64,000 nucleotides of DNA, taken from Bugula neritina. Taxonomy: Eukaryota; Animalia; Bryozoa. Both the position numbers and the translations under genes were made by a program. Within the stretch, counting starts at the first letter, position 1; the number at the start of each line of letters is the position of its first letter. The notes beneath the pieces were generated by a model that worked only from the letters and a program-made list of their open reading frames with translations, did not search any database and was not told where the DNA came from. The stretch spans positions 20,138,767 to 20,202,766 of the forward strand of contig OZ037766.1 of NCBI GenBank assembly GCA_964035545.1. Reading direction: 5' to 3'. This document shows, in pieces, positions 43,901-55,948 of the stretch.

Positions 43901-46900
43901 GGAAGTAGCTGCTTCCATACGGTTGGGTGCTCCTGGAGTGGTTAGTCTCTGGGGGAGACACAACTTGGGTCCGCACAGCGGGCCTCCTCATCGTCTTAGA
44001 GACAACGGGGGTTTTCTGCGGTCGGGAGGGCAGCTTGGGGTACTCTTGCGAGTAAGCTGAGTCCTCCTCCACGACTTCCTCGGGCAACCCCGCGAACCGG
44101 TTGTGGAGTGGCCAGGCCGGAGGATCGGGTAGACCTTGCGGTCTCCGAGATCTCCGAGGTGCCTGCCATCCTACGTCTTCTGACTCCATCCGGGTGTTGA
44201 GTGGCATGGCCGGAGGATCGGGTAAACCTTTCGGTTTCTGAGATCTCCGAGGTGCCTGCCATCCCATCTTGTCAGACGCTGTAGGGGTCTTCTTGGCCAT
44301 TCCCTGACCCCTCCCCCGGATGGGGTTGGCTGGGGGCCCACGGTCGGCGGAAGTTACCGTGAGCCTCGGTTGTTTAAAGGCAAGCTACCTTTGGGGCAAT
44401 GTCTCTTCACATGCCCAGACGCTCCACATTCCCAGCAGGTAAGCTGCGAGGGGCGGACAGGGTCGTCCCGTACCCGGGGAGCCCGCCTATCCGCCTGGTT
44501 TCGTTGTAGTTGGGTTACCGTAGCCTGTAGACCCTTCATCATGTCTACTAACATGACGAGCTGCGCCTGTTCCGGCGACGGAGTCGTTGCTGCCGACACT
44601 TGTGGAGTTATGGGTGTGGCGTCCTCTGGGTTCTCTTCGGATACCTGGTGGGCGGTGAAGCTCCTCTCTTGGAGCCCTTCTACCTGGAAGTATGACTTGC
44701 CCATCTCCAGGGCTTCCTCCAAGGTGCGAACTTTGGCGGCCAGCCAGTAGCGCTGCAGGCCAGAGTCGTTGACGCTTTTAAAGAATGCATTATACACCAG
44801 GCGCTTCCTCTCTGCACCTGTGGCGTGGCTGTAAGCAGCCTGGGCCAACCGTTCCACCGTGTTTGCATGTTCTTCCAACGTCGTCTTGCGGTTTTACCTC
44901 AGTGCCTGTAGGCGATCCACAGCCTCTTCGGCTGTCCGGCCGAATCGGGCCCTGAGGGCCCGCAGGATATGGGCTTCATCAGGCCCAAGAGCAAAGCTCT
45001 TCGCCTGGCCTGTCAAACAGGACCGGAGTTGAAGTATGCGCACTGGGGCTGGCCATTCAGCGATGGTGGCCACATCTTCGAACTCGCGGATGAACTGCTC
45101 CACGTCCTCCTCCCCTCCGAAATTCGGGAGCCTGAGGCGGTACCTGTCACCAGGAGGCGCCTGACTTGGCTCCCGCAATCCCTGGAGGGCTGCAACCAAA
45201 GCCTCTACTGTGAGGGTTGGTGTCTCCGTCTCCGTTGCCCCAGGGGCTGTTTCCCCTGGCGGAGCCATCTCGTTCCCCTTTGGCAACTAGTTATTCGAAA
45301 TCCCACTGCTGCCACCAATGTAATATTTTTGTGGGTTGAATAGAACTAGTGCCTGAACATACTCTTTGTTAGAGAGAACAAGATGTATTGTATAGTTGAA
45401 GAAATCTTTATTTAGTCGAATTATATATAATAGTGAAGGTCCTCTGCCAGTGAGCTCCAGTAGTAGACTGAACTACACTGGAGCTCGCTGGCTTTTATAT
45501 ACAACAAGATACAGTGCTTTTTCATTGTTGCCGAGATCGGAGGCCCGAAACGCCGAAAATCGGCATTTCGGGCTTCCGGTAGCCCGAAATGCCGATTTTC
45601 GGTATTTCGGCATTTCGGAAAACCGAAATGCCGATCTCGCAACCGGAAACAAGTACATGCAAAAATCTACTACACAATTACAGCATAAAAATTGATACGC
45701 AACATTAGTACAAGAAATATCACATAACTTCAGAATGCGTATTTCAGTAAAATTACATTATGTTGAAAGCTTCAACAGTAATTACCATACTTAGGCATTA
45801 GCAAGCTAGCTTACTTAGCTATAATTACAGAGTTAATAACGATACGCAACAGTATTTATAATATACTGTTGCACGCTGTTATTTCGCAACTAATAGAGGG
45901 TGAAAATCCATTACAATAGGATATCTTCGACTGATTCAATTAAAAATTTATTACTTATTGATGGTTAATATTCTATTCATGTTGTTTTGAAAGTATGTGC
46001 AACTTAATTAATTGCCCATGTTACGTCCAAGTCAAGGCCTACAGACTTATTTATGTTCAGCTTAGAGCCATATGAACCCTTGGTATAATCATAGAAGCGC
46101 ATTCAATTGTGTTTTGTTAGCTAGCCAATAACAACAGCTACATCAGTGAAACTCTTTATTTTAGAAGAATTCTGGTAATATAAAAAAATACATATTTTAT
46201 TGATCTGTCTCGGATAATTTAGTTGGGAAACTATTATAATAAATGCAAGCATGCTGCCAAATAAATCAAAACCATCAAACACATATAGATTGATTTTACT
46301 GACTGTGAACTGCTATAATATTTACTAGCTTAGAGCATCGTAAAATTATTCCAAGAATAACATGATATTTACTATGTATAATATAGGTGAAGACTTTGAA
46401 TACTGATATGGCTGACGTTAATAAGTTTAATAGAGAATATTTTAAAGCTGATGTAGAGGACAATTTTAATAAACCACAGCTAGTCTAAATGCTGCCACTG
46501 CTCATTACGTTTGTGAAAAACTTAGCTGTTTGTCTTGGTGAATTATAATACGAATGGAAAATATTTCAATAATTATGCAGATATGTTTGGCTTACTCTTG
46601 TACCAAAAGCAACAAGTTAATAATTTTGAAATCGCCAAAGGAGCGTAAAACATATTGATTAAAAGTGGCTTTAAAGAAACTTGAGACAAAAATCCGAGCA
46701 TAATATTTTATTTCACATGGAATTGATTGAGTAATATAATAAGTATAAGTAATATATACACTTTTGATAAGAGTAAAAACTAGTTATTTACTGACAGTCC
46801 AAAATACTACTAGCCTGTAAAAACATCATCACAACAGTTGTAATGTATGTTCAGTAATAGTCATTACAATATTTAATGGACATGCTCAGTTCCACTCCAG

Positions 46901-49848
46901 GATAATTAAGTGTAGTATATGTTGGAATGCTGCATCATAACTTTTTGCAGAGTTTCCAATGGAATATTATATTTATTTTTGTGGGTGAGAGACTTGAGTT
47001 GCTATAGTCAGTTGGTTTGTTGCAGTAAGAATGATCCATGACTAGAGATGCCCTAGGGCCTAGGTCGTGGGTAAACTGTTCTCCACTAAAATGCATGTAA
47101 TAATTTATATTATTATTATCATTGACCTACAATCATCAAACAATCTACAAACTTTGAAGCCTTAAAAGATTGTAAATGTATAAAAAGACTTTCTAAAATA
47201 ATAGACATTTTTACATGAAGGTATTTAGATGAATTCAAAGCATTTGCATGGCTCTAGCAGCATCAGTTTTTTATTGGATAAGATGACTTCAGTAACAAAT
47301 ATAGAATTAATTTGGAGAATTATTTGAATTTTTACTTAACATTCAACAATTAACTTTTGACGCAATGTCCTATGCCATTGTTGATACAACTTGCAACTGT
47401 GAAAGCTGTTACTGCAAACTTCATATCAAAAACTGTAAAATATATTCACTAAATCTAATATTTACTTGCAATGATGGATTCTCATTGTGGTTGTCATGCT
47501 TCTAGCTCTACATTCATTTCAACATCAATAGATAGTGAGATACTGTCAATCTTTCTGTAAGTTATACCTCTTTAGTATTAAAACATCTCCATCTAGTAAT
47601 TGTAATAATCCACAGAGTAGAGAGTGTAATAATAATTATGTGCCTATTTTGTAAACTGAACAAGTAATTTAAATTGAATATAAATATTTCGAATGACCAT
47701 CAGCAAAATTATCTTCAACATTCATATCATATTAAAAATGTATTTAAAATTTTTAGTATGTTAGAGAAAGCTTTCTGCATGACGTAATGTCAGTCTCAAG
47801 GATATCACTTATTGATACATCCTGTTATCAAACATGTATAGTAATATTATGACAGTGGTACCTCCCCAGCTCTTATAATATACTTGCTAGTTATTATTGC
47901 TATATAATATTTTCACATGTTGATTCTTACAGAGATAGTCAATATGAAGATCTGAGTTTTGACACTCAGACTGATGATGATGACGTGACCATAGTAGTAG
48001 ATGGCATCAACTATGTTTCTGTTGATGGTAAGTTCAAGAATATCAGTTACTTGCTATACAACTTTTCTGACGGTTACTATTAAGAACACAACTTCAATTG
48101 TGACTTGCAGCGATTCATTATACATGAGGGTCAATATTTTACTTTATTATTTAGTAGCTACACCTCAGCAGTTTATGACCAGAAAATTAATTTTGCTCAA
48201 AATTCATGAGAATATGCTATTTCAGGTAATTTTATGTGAATATTCTAACTATGCAAAGCAAAAAGAATTTTGGCAGGGTCCTGCAATACTAAAGCGTAAC
48301 GTCATTATCGTATGAGCGAAATATGTATGTTATAGGAATTCTGCAATAAAAAACCATCGCAAGACCATCACAGCTTTTTAATAAAAAGAATTAACAAATG
48401 CAACTAAATATCTTAAGTTTTTTTCTAATTTTGCTTGACTCTATGTTTTTCCTCTTTTATTATTTTAAGACAAAAAACCATATCCATTGGCAGCTAAACT
48501 GTAAAAAATAGCTAAAAACTAGAGATTTTGAGAGTGTACTAAATTAAGTAAAATGAACCATAACAGTCAATAATTGGCCATGTACCTTCATTTTGACAGT
48601 TGCTACAAGAATTATATATTATGATGTCATTTAAAATGCATGATTTGAAACTGTGAAATATATTGTAAATGTGGGGGATCTGAGAGACTTTGATTCAAAG
48701 TCAGACATAACAATTGTAGCAGAGGAGATAATCTATAACAGCTTTGGTGAGTAAAACAATGAATTTATGGTATTCTTTGATGGTTTTGCTATATTTTGTT
48801 TCATTCAGCAGCAAAAAGTCGATGCATGCCTTATGTAAGAATGTTGCACCATGGCAGTTTTAGCATCATAGAAGACTCAATAAAAATCATTATGTAACCT
48901 TATGTGTATGCTTTCACACAGGTGATAATAATAATAACTTCGACATTGCCAATTTAGCTGACTTTAAAGATCTCTCTAATGTACCAGAATCAACTACACA
49001 TCATGGTATGCCATATTTAGTAAATAGTTATTGCATAATATTTTGGAGCAATATAAAAAAAACATTAGTAAATAGTATGTGCAATGTGTTGTTTACATTT
49101 TATCAACCATAAAAACATGATGAATCAATATACAAAATAATTAGTGCAATATATGACTACATATTGTATGATATTTTGCAATACTTCGTCCATTACATAC
49201 ATTATATAAATTTTAGTAATAATGAAAGCATAATATCTTATCACTAAATAACTTCTATTTAACTTATATTATTACAGGAATTTTGTCTGTCTCATCAACC
49301 AGTTACCATACTGGAATGAATAACAGCAATAACATCATCAACTCTAAAGATCATTTTGAAATTAACTCAAAAGTTGGTAAGTAACATCTTGGGAACTTTT
49401 ATTGCCTTGTACGTCACTAATTCTTAAACCAAATCTATCTTGGCTACAGTATAAACTTAAAATATTGGTTTATAATTCCCAGTTTTTTGTGTTGAGAGTT
49501 ATCCCACCAACTCAAAATAACATGCTGCAAAGTTACTAAGAGTTTTTGCTATAAAAGATATTATCATCTATCATGTTGCCCATCTTAAATATCTCTAATT
49601 TTATAGTCTTATCCCAAATATAATTATTTCAATGCTAGTGTTGTGTATAGATATTATGTTATAACATAATAGAAGCAATGTCCCCATTACTGACTGGTGG
49701 TTTATATTCCATTTGCCTACATAACTTGCTAATATCTTTAGATAATGAGAGCAAAGCATTGATTACTCAAACATTCACTCCAGTAAAAGAGAAGATCATA
49801 ACAGTTGATTATCCACAAGTAGAAGATATGACTATACGCATTGTTTGA
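37969..49848 (+). CDS. Putative multi-exon gene for an uncharacterised secreted, acidic, Asn/Ser-rich protein; the Gypsy element lies in an intron
   Basis: 37969-38013 reads MKISSLFLLTFLLIQ followed by a GT donor. Phase-compatible 3' exons: about 47506-47556, 47933-48027 (DSQYEDLSFDTQTDDDDVTIVVDGINYVSVD), 48720-48746, 48922-49005, 49278-49376, 49742-49848 (stop), then AATAAA near 49938. Middle exons (46-47 kb) are unresolved and linkage to exon 1 is inferred. Confidence 0.45.
38174..39255 (-). repeat. 3' LTR (1082 bp, including a nested 410-bp insertion and a longer repeat array)
   Basis: Otherwise nearly identical to 45319-45915. Confidence 0.95.
38658..39067. mobile_element. ~410-bp TG...CA element (solo-LTR-like), copy 2, nested in the Gypsy 3' LTR
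   Basis: Flanked by CTTCA direct repeats (38653-38657 and 39068-39072); the 5' LTR shows the empty site AACTTCAGAATG near 45726. Confidence 0.93.
39256..39265 (-). other. Polypurine tract
   Basis: Minus strand GGGGGGAGAA immediately before the 3' LTR. Confidence 0.85.
39459..44371 (-). pseudogene. pol: Gypsy pol (protease, RT, RNase H, integrase) with one in-frame TAG
   Basis: FLLDTGC, LPFGL, YLDD, LDTDAS, H-x3-H and CEVC zinc finger, VDLVGP, HTDQ, VERNNR, KFVGPY. ORFs 42210-44300 and 39459-42179 share a frame across TAG at 42210-42212. Confidence 0.93.
44335..44378 (-). promoter_or_regulatory. Predicted -1 programmed ribosomal frameshift signal at the gag-pol junction
   Basis: T TTA AAC heptamer in the gag frame (44378-44372), 6-nt spacer, 10-bp stem GGCTCACGGT/ACCGTGGGCC; the -1 frame is open into pol. 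Confidence 0.8.
44354..45268 (-). pseudogene. gag: Gypsy gag with CCHC zinc knuckle and one in-frame TAA
   Basis: ORFs 44894-45286 and 44354-44878 share a frame across TAA at 44894-44896; CWECGASGHVKRHC knuckle. Confidence 0.9.
45300..45317 (-). other. Primer binding site complementary to a tRNA-Leu 3' end
   Basis: Minus strand TGGTGGCAGCAGTGGGAT, 1 nt from the 5' LTR; matches the conserved tRNA-Leu(NAG) end ...ATCCCACYRCTGCCACCA from memory. Confidence 0.8.
45319..45915 (-). repeat. 5' LTR (597 bp)
   Basis: TG...CA ends, adjacent to the PBS; TATA box and AATAAA on the minus strand. Confidence 0.95.
48410..48560. mobile_element. Degenerate partial copy of the 18.2-kb MITE family
   Basis: GCAGCTAAACTGTAAAAAATAGCTAAAAACT...GTACTAAATTAAGTAAAATGAACCA|TA matches the right arm at 18565-18636. 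Confidence 0.7.
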
Positions 49849-51139
49849 GGAAAAGAATAAGAAATGCTACCATTGAGAAAGTTAGAAATGTTAGATATTT
49901 ATTCAGTCTGTTTCAAACCAGCAGAGCATTGAGAAATAATAAAACTGACAACAGATTCTCATTAGTTAGCTGCTAAATATTATATGTTTAATTTATATTA
50001 TATATCAGGACCATCCTTTAACCGTGCTGTACATATTTATAATGTCTTAAACTACAATGTTAATGCATGTGTTGTATTAAAATTATTGATTATTTAAAAA
50101 TTGCAGCTAATAGTTCACTCAATAACAGTGCATATATTTTAATCTTAAGCATTTTATATAGCAAAATGGTTGTATATATTGCAATAAAATTATTTATTAC
50201 ATGTAAAGCTGCTAATAGTTATATCATTTGTCAGGATATACTGTTCTGCTAGTTTGTGAGAAAAGTGCTACTTGTAATTCTATTATTGTAATAAATATAA
50301 TTTATCATTTTCAATTTACATAATGCTTCTTATTCACTTCTCACTTGGTACATTTCTACCATCTCTTGCTTGCAGATGTCTTTAAAGTTAAAAAGACACC
50401 AAGAATAAGTAAGCTACTTTAAATCATAATCTTATTTGTAGTGGATGCACACAGAAACACATAGGAGGAGCATACTCATTACGCATTAATTTAAGATTAT
50501 TATTCTACAATCTGTGAAAAGTTTTGTATAGTCCAATTTAAATTAGAGCTTCATAAGGTTTATATTAAACATAAATATAATAATTATGCAATTAAAGTTA
50601 TTGTCTTTACACACGTTTGTATAAAATTATAGCATGCCATGTTTTCCAAAAGGGCAATAAGAAAACAAGAAACTTGCGTTTTTAAATTTTTTTTTCAAAA
50701 AGCAAGTAAGCCAAAGAAAATATCAACAAACATGGAAGCGTTGTAACAAATTGATAATGTAAGACTAGCCAATGACATTCTGATTGATTACTGATGCACA
50801 AACTCCAAAACCCCAAAAAATGTTTATTCATGTAAAATTTAAATTAACATCAAGTTACAAAACACAATAAAAGATCCTACTACCTACACTAAAATTATTC
50901 AAACTTTCTTTCTTTTTACACATGATCAGGTATTTCTAATTCTAGTTGGGTAACCAACCCTGTGAGTTTGTATGTAAAAAAATTTGGAAGCTTCAAAAGG
51001 CAAACAGCTAGTTGCATTTTCAAAGCCTTATACAATTTACTTGTAAATCTCTTAAAAACATAATTTGAAGTATATTATTTGGTTTACACAAATCAAAATG
51101 TAGTCAGATGCTAGCTATTGAATTCTCAACACAGTGTTA

Positions 51140-51470
51140 GCCTAGGGCCACACTGTGCGTATTTTCGCATGCGAAAATTGAAATAACAAGTAGCCAAGGT
51201 GTCCACTGTAGCGTCAGTGACGCGTGATATTTTTAAATCGCATTTGCTTTCAATAAAACGCAATTTACTGGAATGTAGCACTAAAATAAAGAAATTGGGC
51301 TCGCTGAATAACTACCACCCAATTAGGTGATGACGACAGAGACGATTCGCACTTGTGTTGAGAATGCTGAGCGACAAGTGCGAATGTTTTCTCAACGCGT
51401 ACAGTGGACACCTTTGCTACTTGTGATTTCAATTTTCGCATGCGAAAATACGCACAGTGTGGCCCTAGGC
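51140..51470. mobile_element. Tourist-like Harbinger MITE, 331 bp
   Basis: TIR GCCTAGGGCCACACTGTGCGTATTTTCGCATGCGAAAATTGAAAT; TTA TSD on both sides; same termini as 55613-59363. Confidence 0.92.
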
Positions 51471-51819
51471 TTACTGAACATGACTTTAATTTACCTAATC
51501 AGAGCTCCCAATATTCAATCTGGATATGAGTGCACTACACACTTGAAACAGTGTTCACTAGAACAGTGTTATAATATGTTATGTTTATTAACCTATTTTA
51601 ATTTGAAGTAAACAAAAAAGAATATAAAAGCAGGAAATACTGCTGAAAATTCTCCAATAGCACTGCAGCTAGTTGGAGCTCACGTGTCATAAATGGTAGA
51701 CAATCTGCAATGTGTTTCGTTGGATGGATGTCCAAGTGTCTTATATCAATTCACCAATGTGAATTTATGAATAGCTGACAGCTGATTTCACCAGTAAATG
51801 CACCTAAAACATTACAAAC

Positions 51820-52310
51820 AATGACAGTTGTGAAGCAATGCAAGAAATATGAGTAGTGGGGAAAAGATAAATTAAATATTGTTAATTATTAAATCCAAGA
51901 AACAATCCAAAACCCTGTGATAAAATTGTTGGCACATACATGTATCTTACAAACAAATATTTTATGACTAATTTAAACAAGACAAGCTCTCTGTGAGCAG
52001 AAAAATACATCACTGGCCACAAGATGATAATCCCAAAATCTAACATTATAAATGTCAGTAACAATATCTAAAAAATTACAATCAATGGCAGTTTTAAAGC
52101 AATGCAAGAAATATGAGTAGTGCTAACATAGACAAAAAATAAAATAAATATTGTGAATTAAATCCAAGAAACAATTCAAAATCTTGTATTAAAAATGTTG
52201 GTGCAAACATGTATTTTAAAAACAAATATTTTATGACTAATTTAGGCAATACAAGCTCTCTGTAATCAGGACAATACAGCACTAGCCACGAGAAGATAAC
52301 CCCAAATCTA
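51820..52310. repeat. Diverged tandem duplication, unit about 265 bp
   Basis: AAGCAATGCAAGAAATATGAGTAGTG and ACAAACAAATATTTTATGACTAATTTA blocks recur about 265 bp apart. Confidence 0.75.
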
Positions 52311-52439
52311 AAATTTTACAGACAGGTTATTATAAACCATAATGTGCAGTAGCATGAGAATTGCTTCAGCAGATTGAAGAATTGCCTGCTAAGAAGTATC
52401 AAATGGCCCTTATACAACTAGGAGGTGGAAGTTGCAAAA

Positions 52440-52667
52440 TCCCATCGTATCACTCACCACTACCCTAGCATATTACTCCTCTTTATCCCAGCATATTACT
52501 CACTTCTATCCCAGCATATCACTCACCTCTATCCCAGCATATAACTCACCTTTATCCCAGCATATTACTCACTTTTGTCCCAGCATATTACTCACTTCTA
52601 ACTCAGCATATCACTCACCTCTATCCCAGCATATTACCCACCTCTATTCAAGCATATTACTCACCTC
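52440..52667. repeat. 23-bp minisatellite, about 10 copies
   Basis: Consensus TATCCCAGCATATTACTCACCTC. Confidence 0.88.
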
Positions 52668-52695
52668 AGATAGCAAAGAACATCCAGGCCAATAA

Positions 52696-54100
52696 ATGTG
52701 AGTTTGAGGGAAAGTGCGAAATGATGATTCTGGTTCGCTGTGTATTTGGTATCACAGACCAAAGGTTAAAAGAGAAGCTTCTACAAGATAAAACTATAGG
52801 TTTGAATGGTGCTATAGATTTGATTCGAGCATCGGAGGTTACAAAAAGTTAGTTGGCAGAGATAATGTACTACCATTAAGCCTGACTAAAGATCTTTGTG
52901 GGGATGTTCTCCCTAGTGAGGCCCGACTTCGCTCTTATTCAGGTGACATCTTACCTAGCGGTGGGAAGGTTACACTAGGACTAGACAAGGATGGTGTGAC
53001 AACACTAGACTTTGAACTGGTCGGTGCAAATGTGGTGCCAATTCTAGGGTTGGACGCTTGCGTTGGACTAGGAATTGTAAAACGGATTGACAGTCTCAGC
53101 AATCAGGCCATCCTGGATGAATTTGCCGACTGCTTTGAGCGGATCGGCTGCCTCGACCGTGAACATACTATCAGAGTTGACCCAAATGTAAAGCCTGTCA
53201 TTAATAGAGCCAGACGTATACCCCTCGGCAGAGTTGAAAACGTTAAGGCTGAACTGGATAAGATGGAAGCAAATGGCATCATCGTCAAAGTAGATCAACC
53301 TACGGAATGGGTGAACAGCATGGTTGTGGTAGAGAAGCGAGATGGTAGTGTCAGGATATGCTTGGACCCCAAGGAATTGAATAACGCTGTGATGAGAGAA
53401 CACCATCACATTCCGAAATTAGAAGACATATCGTCTAAGTTCAGTGGAATGACAGTGTTTACCATAGTTGACATGAAAAGTGGCCACTGGCATATCCAAC
53501 TTGATCAACCATCGCAGTTACTAACCACATTCAACACGCCCTTTGGAAGGTACTGCTACAAGTGGTTATCGTTTGGCATAAGCTCCAGCGCAGAAGTCTT
53601 GGAGAAACAAGTCAAGGAAATTTTTGGTGATCTAGATGTAAGCATTTATTTTGATGACCTCATAATAGCAGGCAAAGATCAATAAGACCATGACTGTAAG
53701 CTGAAGAAGGTGTTTCAAAGAGCCAGAGAATGCAATGTATGGTTCAACAAAGAGAAAATACAGCACAATAAATCTGAGGTAAGCCACCTTGGTCGCATAG
53801 TTTCGAAAGAAGGACTCAAACCTGATCCTGAGAAGGTTCGAGCTATTGACCAAATGCCAGATCCGACTGACAAAGAGGGTATACAGGGTCACTGAACTTT
53901 CTTGGAGGTTACATACCAAATGTTTTAAAGATAAGTCAGCCAATAAGAGATCTATCGAAGTCTGATGCAACATGAATTTGGGGACCTGACCAACATGAAG
54001 CGTTGAGGCATATCAAAGCCATTCTCATGAGTGAACCTGTTCTCCAATTTTTTTGATGTGACTAAGGACATTGTGTTACAGACCGATGCTTCAAAAGGTG
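52696..54100 (+). pseudogene. Decayed, internally deleted Ty3/Gypsy gag-pol fragment of a second family
   Basis: Gag-like FGITDQRLKEKLLQ, PILGLDAC, EWVNSMVVVEKRDGSVRICLDPKELN, TTFNTPFGRY, YFDD, HLGRIVS, VLQTDAS; several stops and frameshifts; no LTRs seen. Confidence 0.88.
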
Positions 54101-54571
54101 TCCTTGTTCATAACTAAAATGGCAATAGGTGTGAGCTCAATTTATTGTTCATAAAATAATTATTATGGTGCTGCTTGGTAGTTATAGGAAGCTTTTTGAC
54201 AAAAACTGGTCTATGTTGTTGAGTATCAATGTTTTATAGTATTAATCCAGACAGCTGAAGAAATGGCGGAAAAACATTTCAGTAACAACCTAGTTTTTAA
54301 TTTTGTATGACATAGCTTTTATTCAACATATTATAAGAATTGTAAAATATTTGCGTAAACAACTTTCAAAAGCATATTGATATGGCATTGTCTGCAAAAA
54401 CAGTACAACTATTAATTCTACATCAAGTTTTTTTAAAACTATAATTGTACATACTTGATCTATGCAGTAATATGGTAAATTTTTTACATATGTATTAGTT
54501 GCTTTCTATAATACTGATAGTTAACTAGCATTATTATGTTCACAAAATAGCCACCAACAGTATAATAAAGT

Positions 54572-54802
54572 GTGTGGAAACTAATAGAAAGCTTAAAGAA
54601 AGAAGATCTGAATGACAGGGTATTAATTAGAAAAAGCCAAAGGGGGATACCTGCAAGACGCAGAGTACGACGAAAGACCATCAGACTAAACCATCAATTG
54701 AAATTGTTATGCCAGCGCTACAGGAATCAGGAATATGATATAGCAGAGTTCCTTGGCAGATTAGATCTGGCTATAAGAGTACACTATAATTGGCCAATCT
54801 AA
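54572..54802 (+). pseudogene. Possible MULE transposase C-terminal remnant
   Basis: WKLIESLKKE...LNHQLKLLCQRY...IAEFL resembles the C-terminus of animal Mutator-like transposases; by recognition only. Confidence 0.4.
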
Positions 54803-55179
54803 ATTGTTTCCAGTTCTGGCAGACAGCAACAGTAGCTTACAAGTATAACTTGCACGCATGCAATACAAGTTTTCAATACAAAAAAATCTCAACTCAAGCG
54901 ACTTGCATCAATTATCAGCCATCAAGGTCAGATTTTATTGAGGTATTTAAAATAAAAAATGAGGCAAGCAGACAATGACCAAACCTTGTATCATCAGGAG
55001 TTGTCCACTCAAACTATTGTACACAGAACTAACTTCTTGTCTAGAAAGAATGCAAAAATTCAAGTTAAGTTAAAACAAATACTTAGTGATATCTATAACC
55101 AGTATGAGAAATTCAGAACTTCATTCTCAGACAAAACTGTAACACAATTGGTTGATAATGGTATAATTCTGGTCTGATT

Positions 55180-55450
55180 GGTAAATTTATGCAAAACACT
55201 TTTAGTAGTCATAATAGCACTAATGTCACTGTTTGTAATGTGTTCATGTGTGGCTACTCGAAGCAAATGTTGCAGATGCTCATTGGTGAGCTGTGTTCTA
55301 TTACTATTTTTTATACGGTTCACGCTAGAAAACATGCATTTGTTAGTTTATAAGCATCATCAAATATGCTCAGTACTCTTAGTGCCAATTTAGCAAGTGT
55401 AGGGTACTTTTCACTGGTTACTGGTGAAGTGGAAAAACTAAATTTGTTGT
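55180..55450 (-). pseudogene. hAT transposase C-terminal dimerisation-domain remnant
   Basis: KYPTLAKLALRVLSIF...FSSVNRIKNSNRTQLTNEHLQHLLRVAT resembles the Charlie/SPIN/GTF2IRD2-type C-terminus; frameshifted. Confidence 0.65.
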
Positions 55451-55948
55451 TGGAGCAATGAGAAATTGATCTGCTACAACAGCAACATCACATTACTCAA
55501 GTTGTAATGCCCCTATACTTAAACTCACTGAAGTGTGATCATTAGTTTTAGCAACTATACATTGGCTAGAATCTTCTCATGAGTAATGTTCATGATTGGC
55601 CAGTGTTGCTTAGCCTAGGGCCACACGACGCGTATTTTCGCACTCGTCGTGTGCGAAATGTCGCAAAGGTGAAAAAAGGAGTTTACTGTACGCGAATTTC
55701 ATGCGTTGAAAATGCTGAACGGCAAGTGCGAAGATTTTTCTGTCGTCCTTACCTAATTGGCTGGTAGTTATTTAGCGAGCCCGGTTTTCCTAATTTGCTA
55801 CTCTTTCCATTAAATTGCGCATTATTTGTTGTATAGCGAGTAATATTTAAAAAGCAACATTTCTAGCCGTGTAAGTTTTCTACTTTCTGTGTATGTTTCT
55901 GCTATTCAGAATAATCAAATTGATGTAAACAACATTTTATAGATAAAA

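Larger units (their letters stand above)
38174..45915 (-). mobile_element. Full-length Ty3/Gypsy LTR retrotransposon
   Basis: LTRs 45319-45915 (5') and 38174-39255 (3') with TG...CA ends; ATAG TSD (38170-38173 and 45916-45919); PBS and PPT present; domain order gag-PR-RT-RH-IN. Confidence 0.97.

Noticed and set aside
39431-45343. Many plus-strand and alternate-frame ORFs over the Gypsy interior, including a possible env
   Set aside because: Shadow ORFs of GC-rich gag-pol; pol ends about 200 bp from the PPT, leaving no room for env
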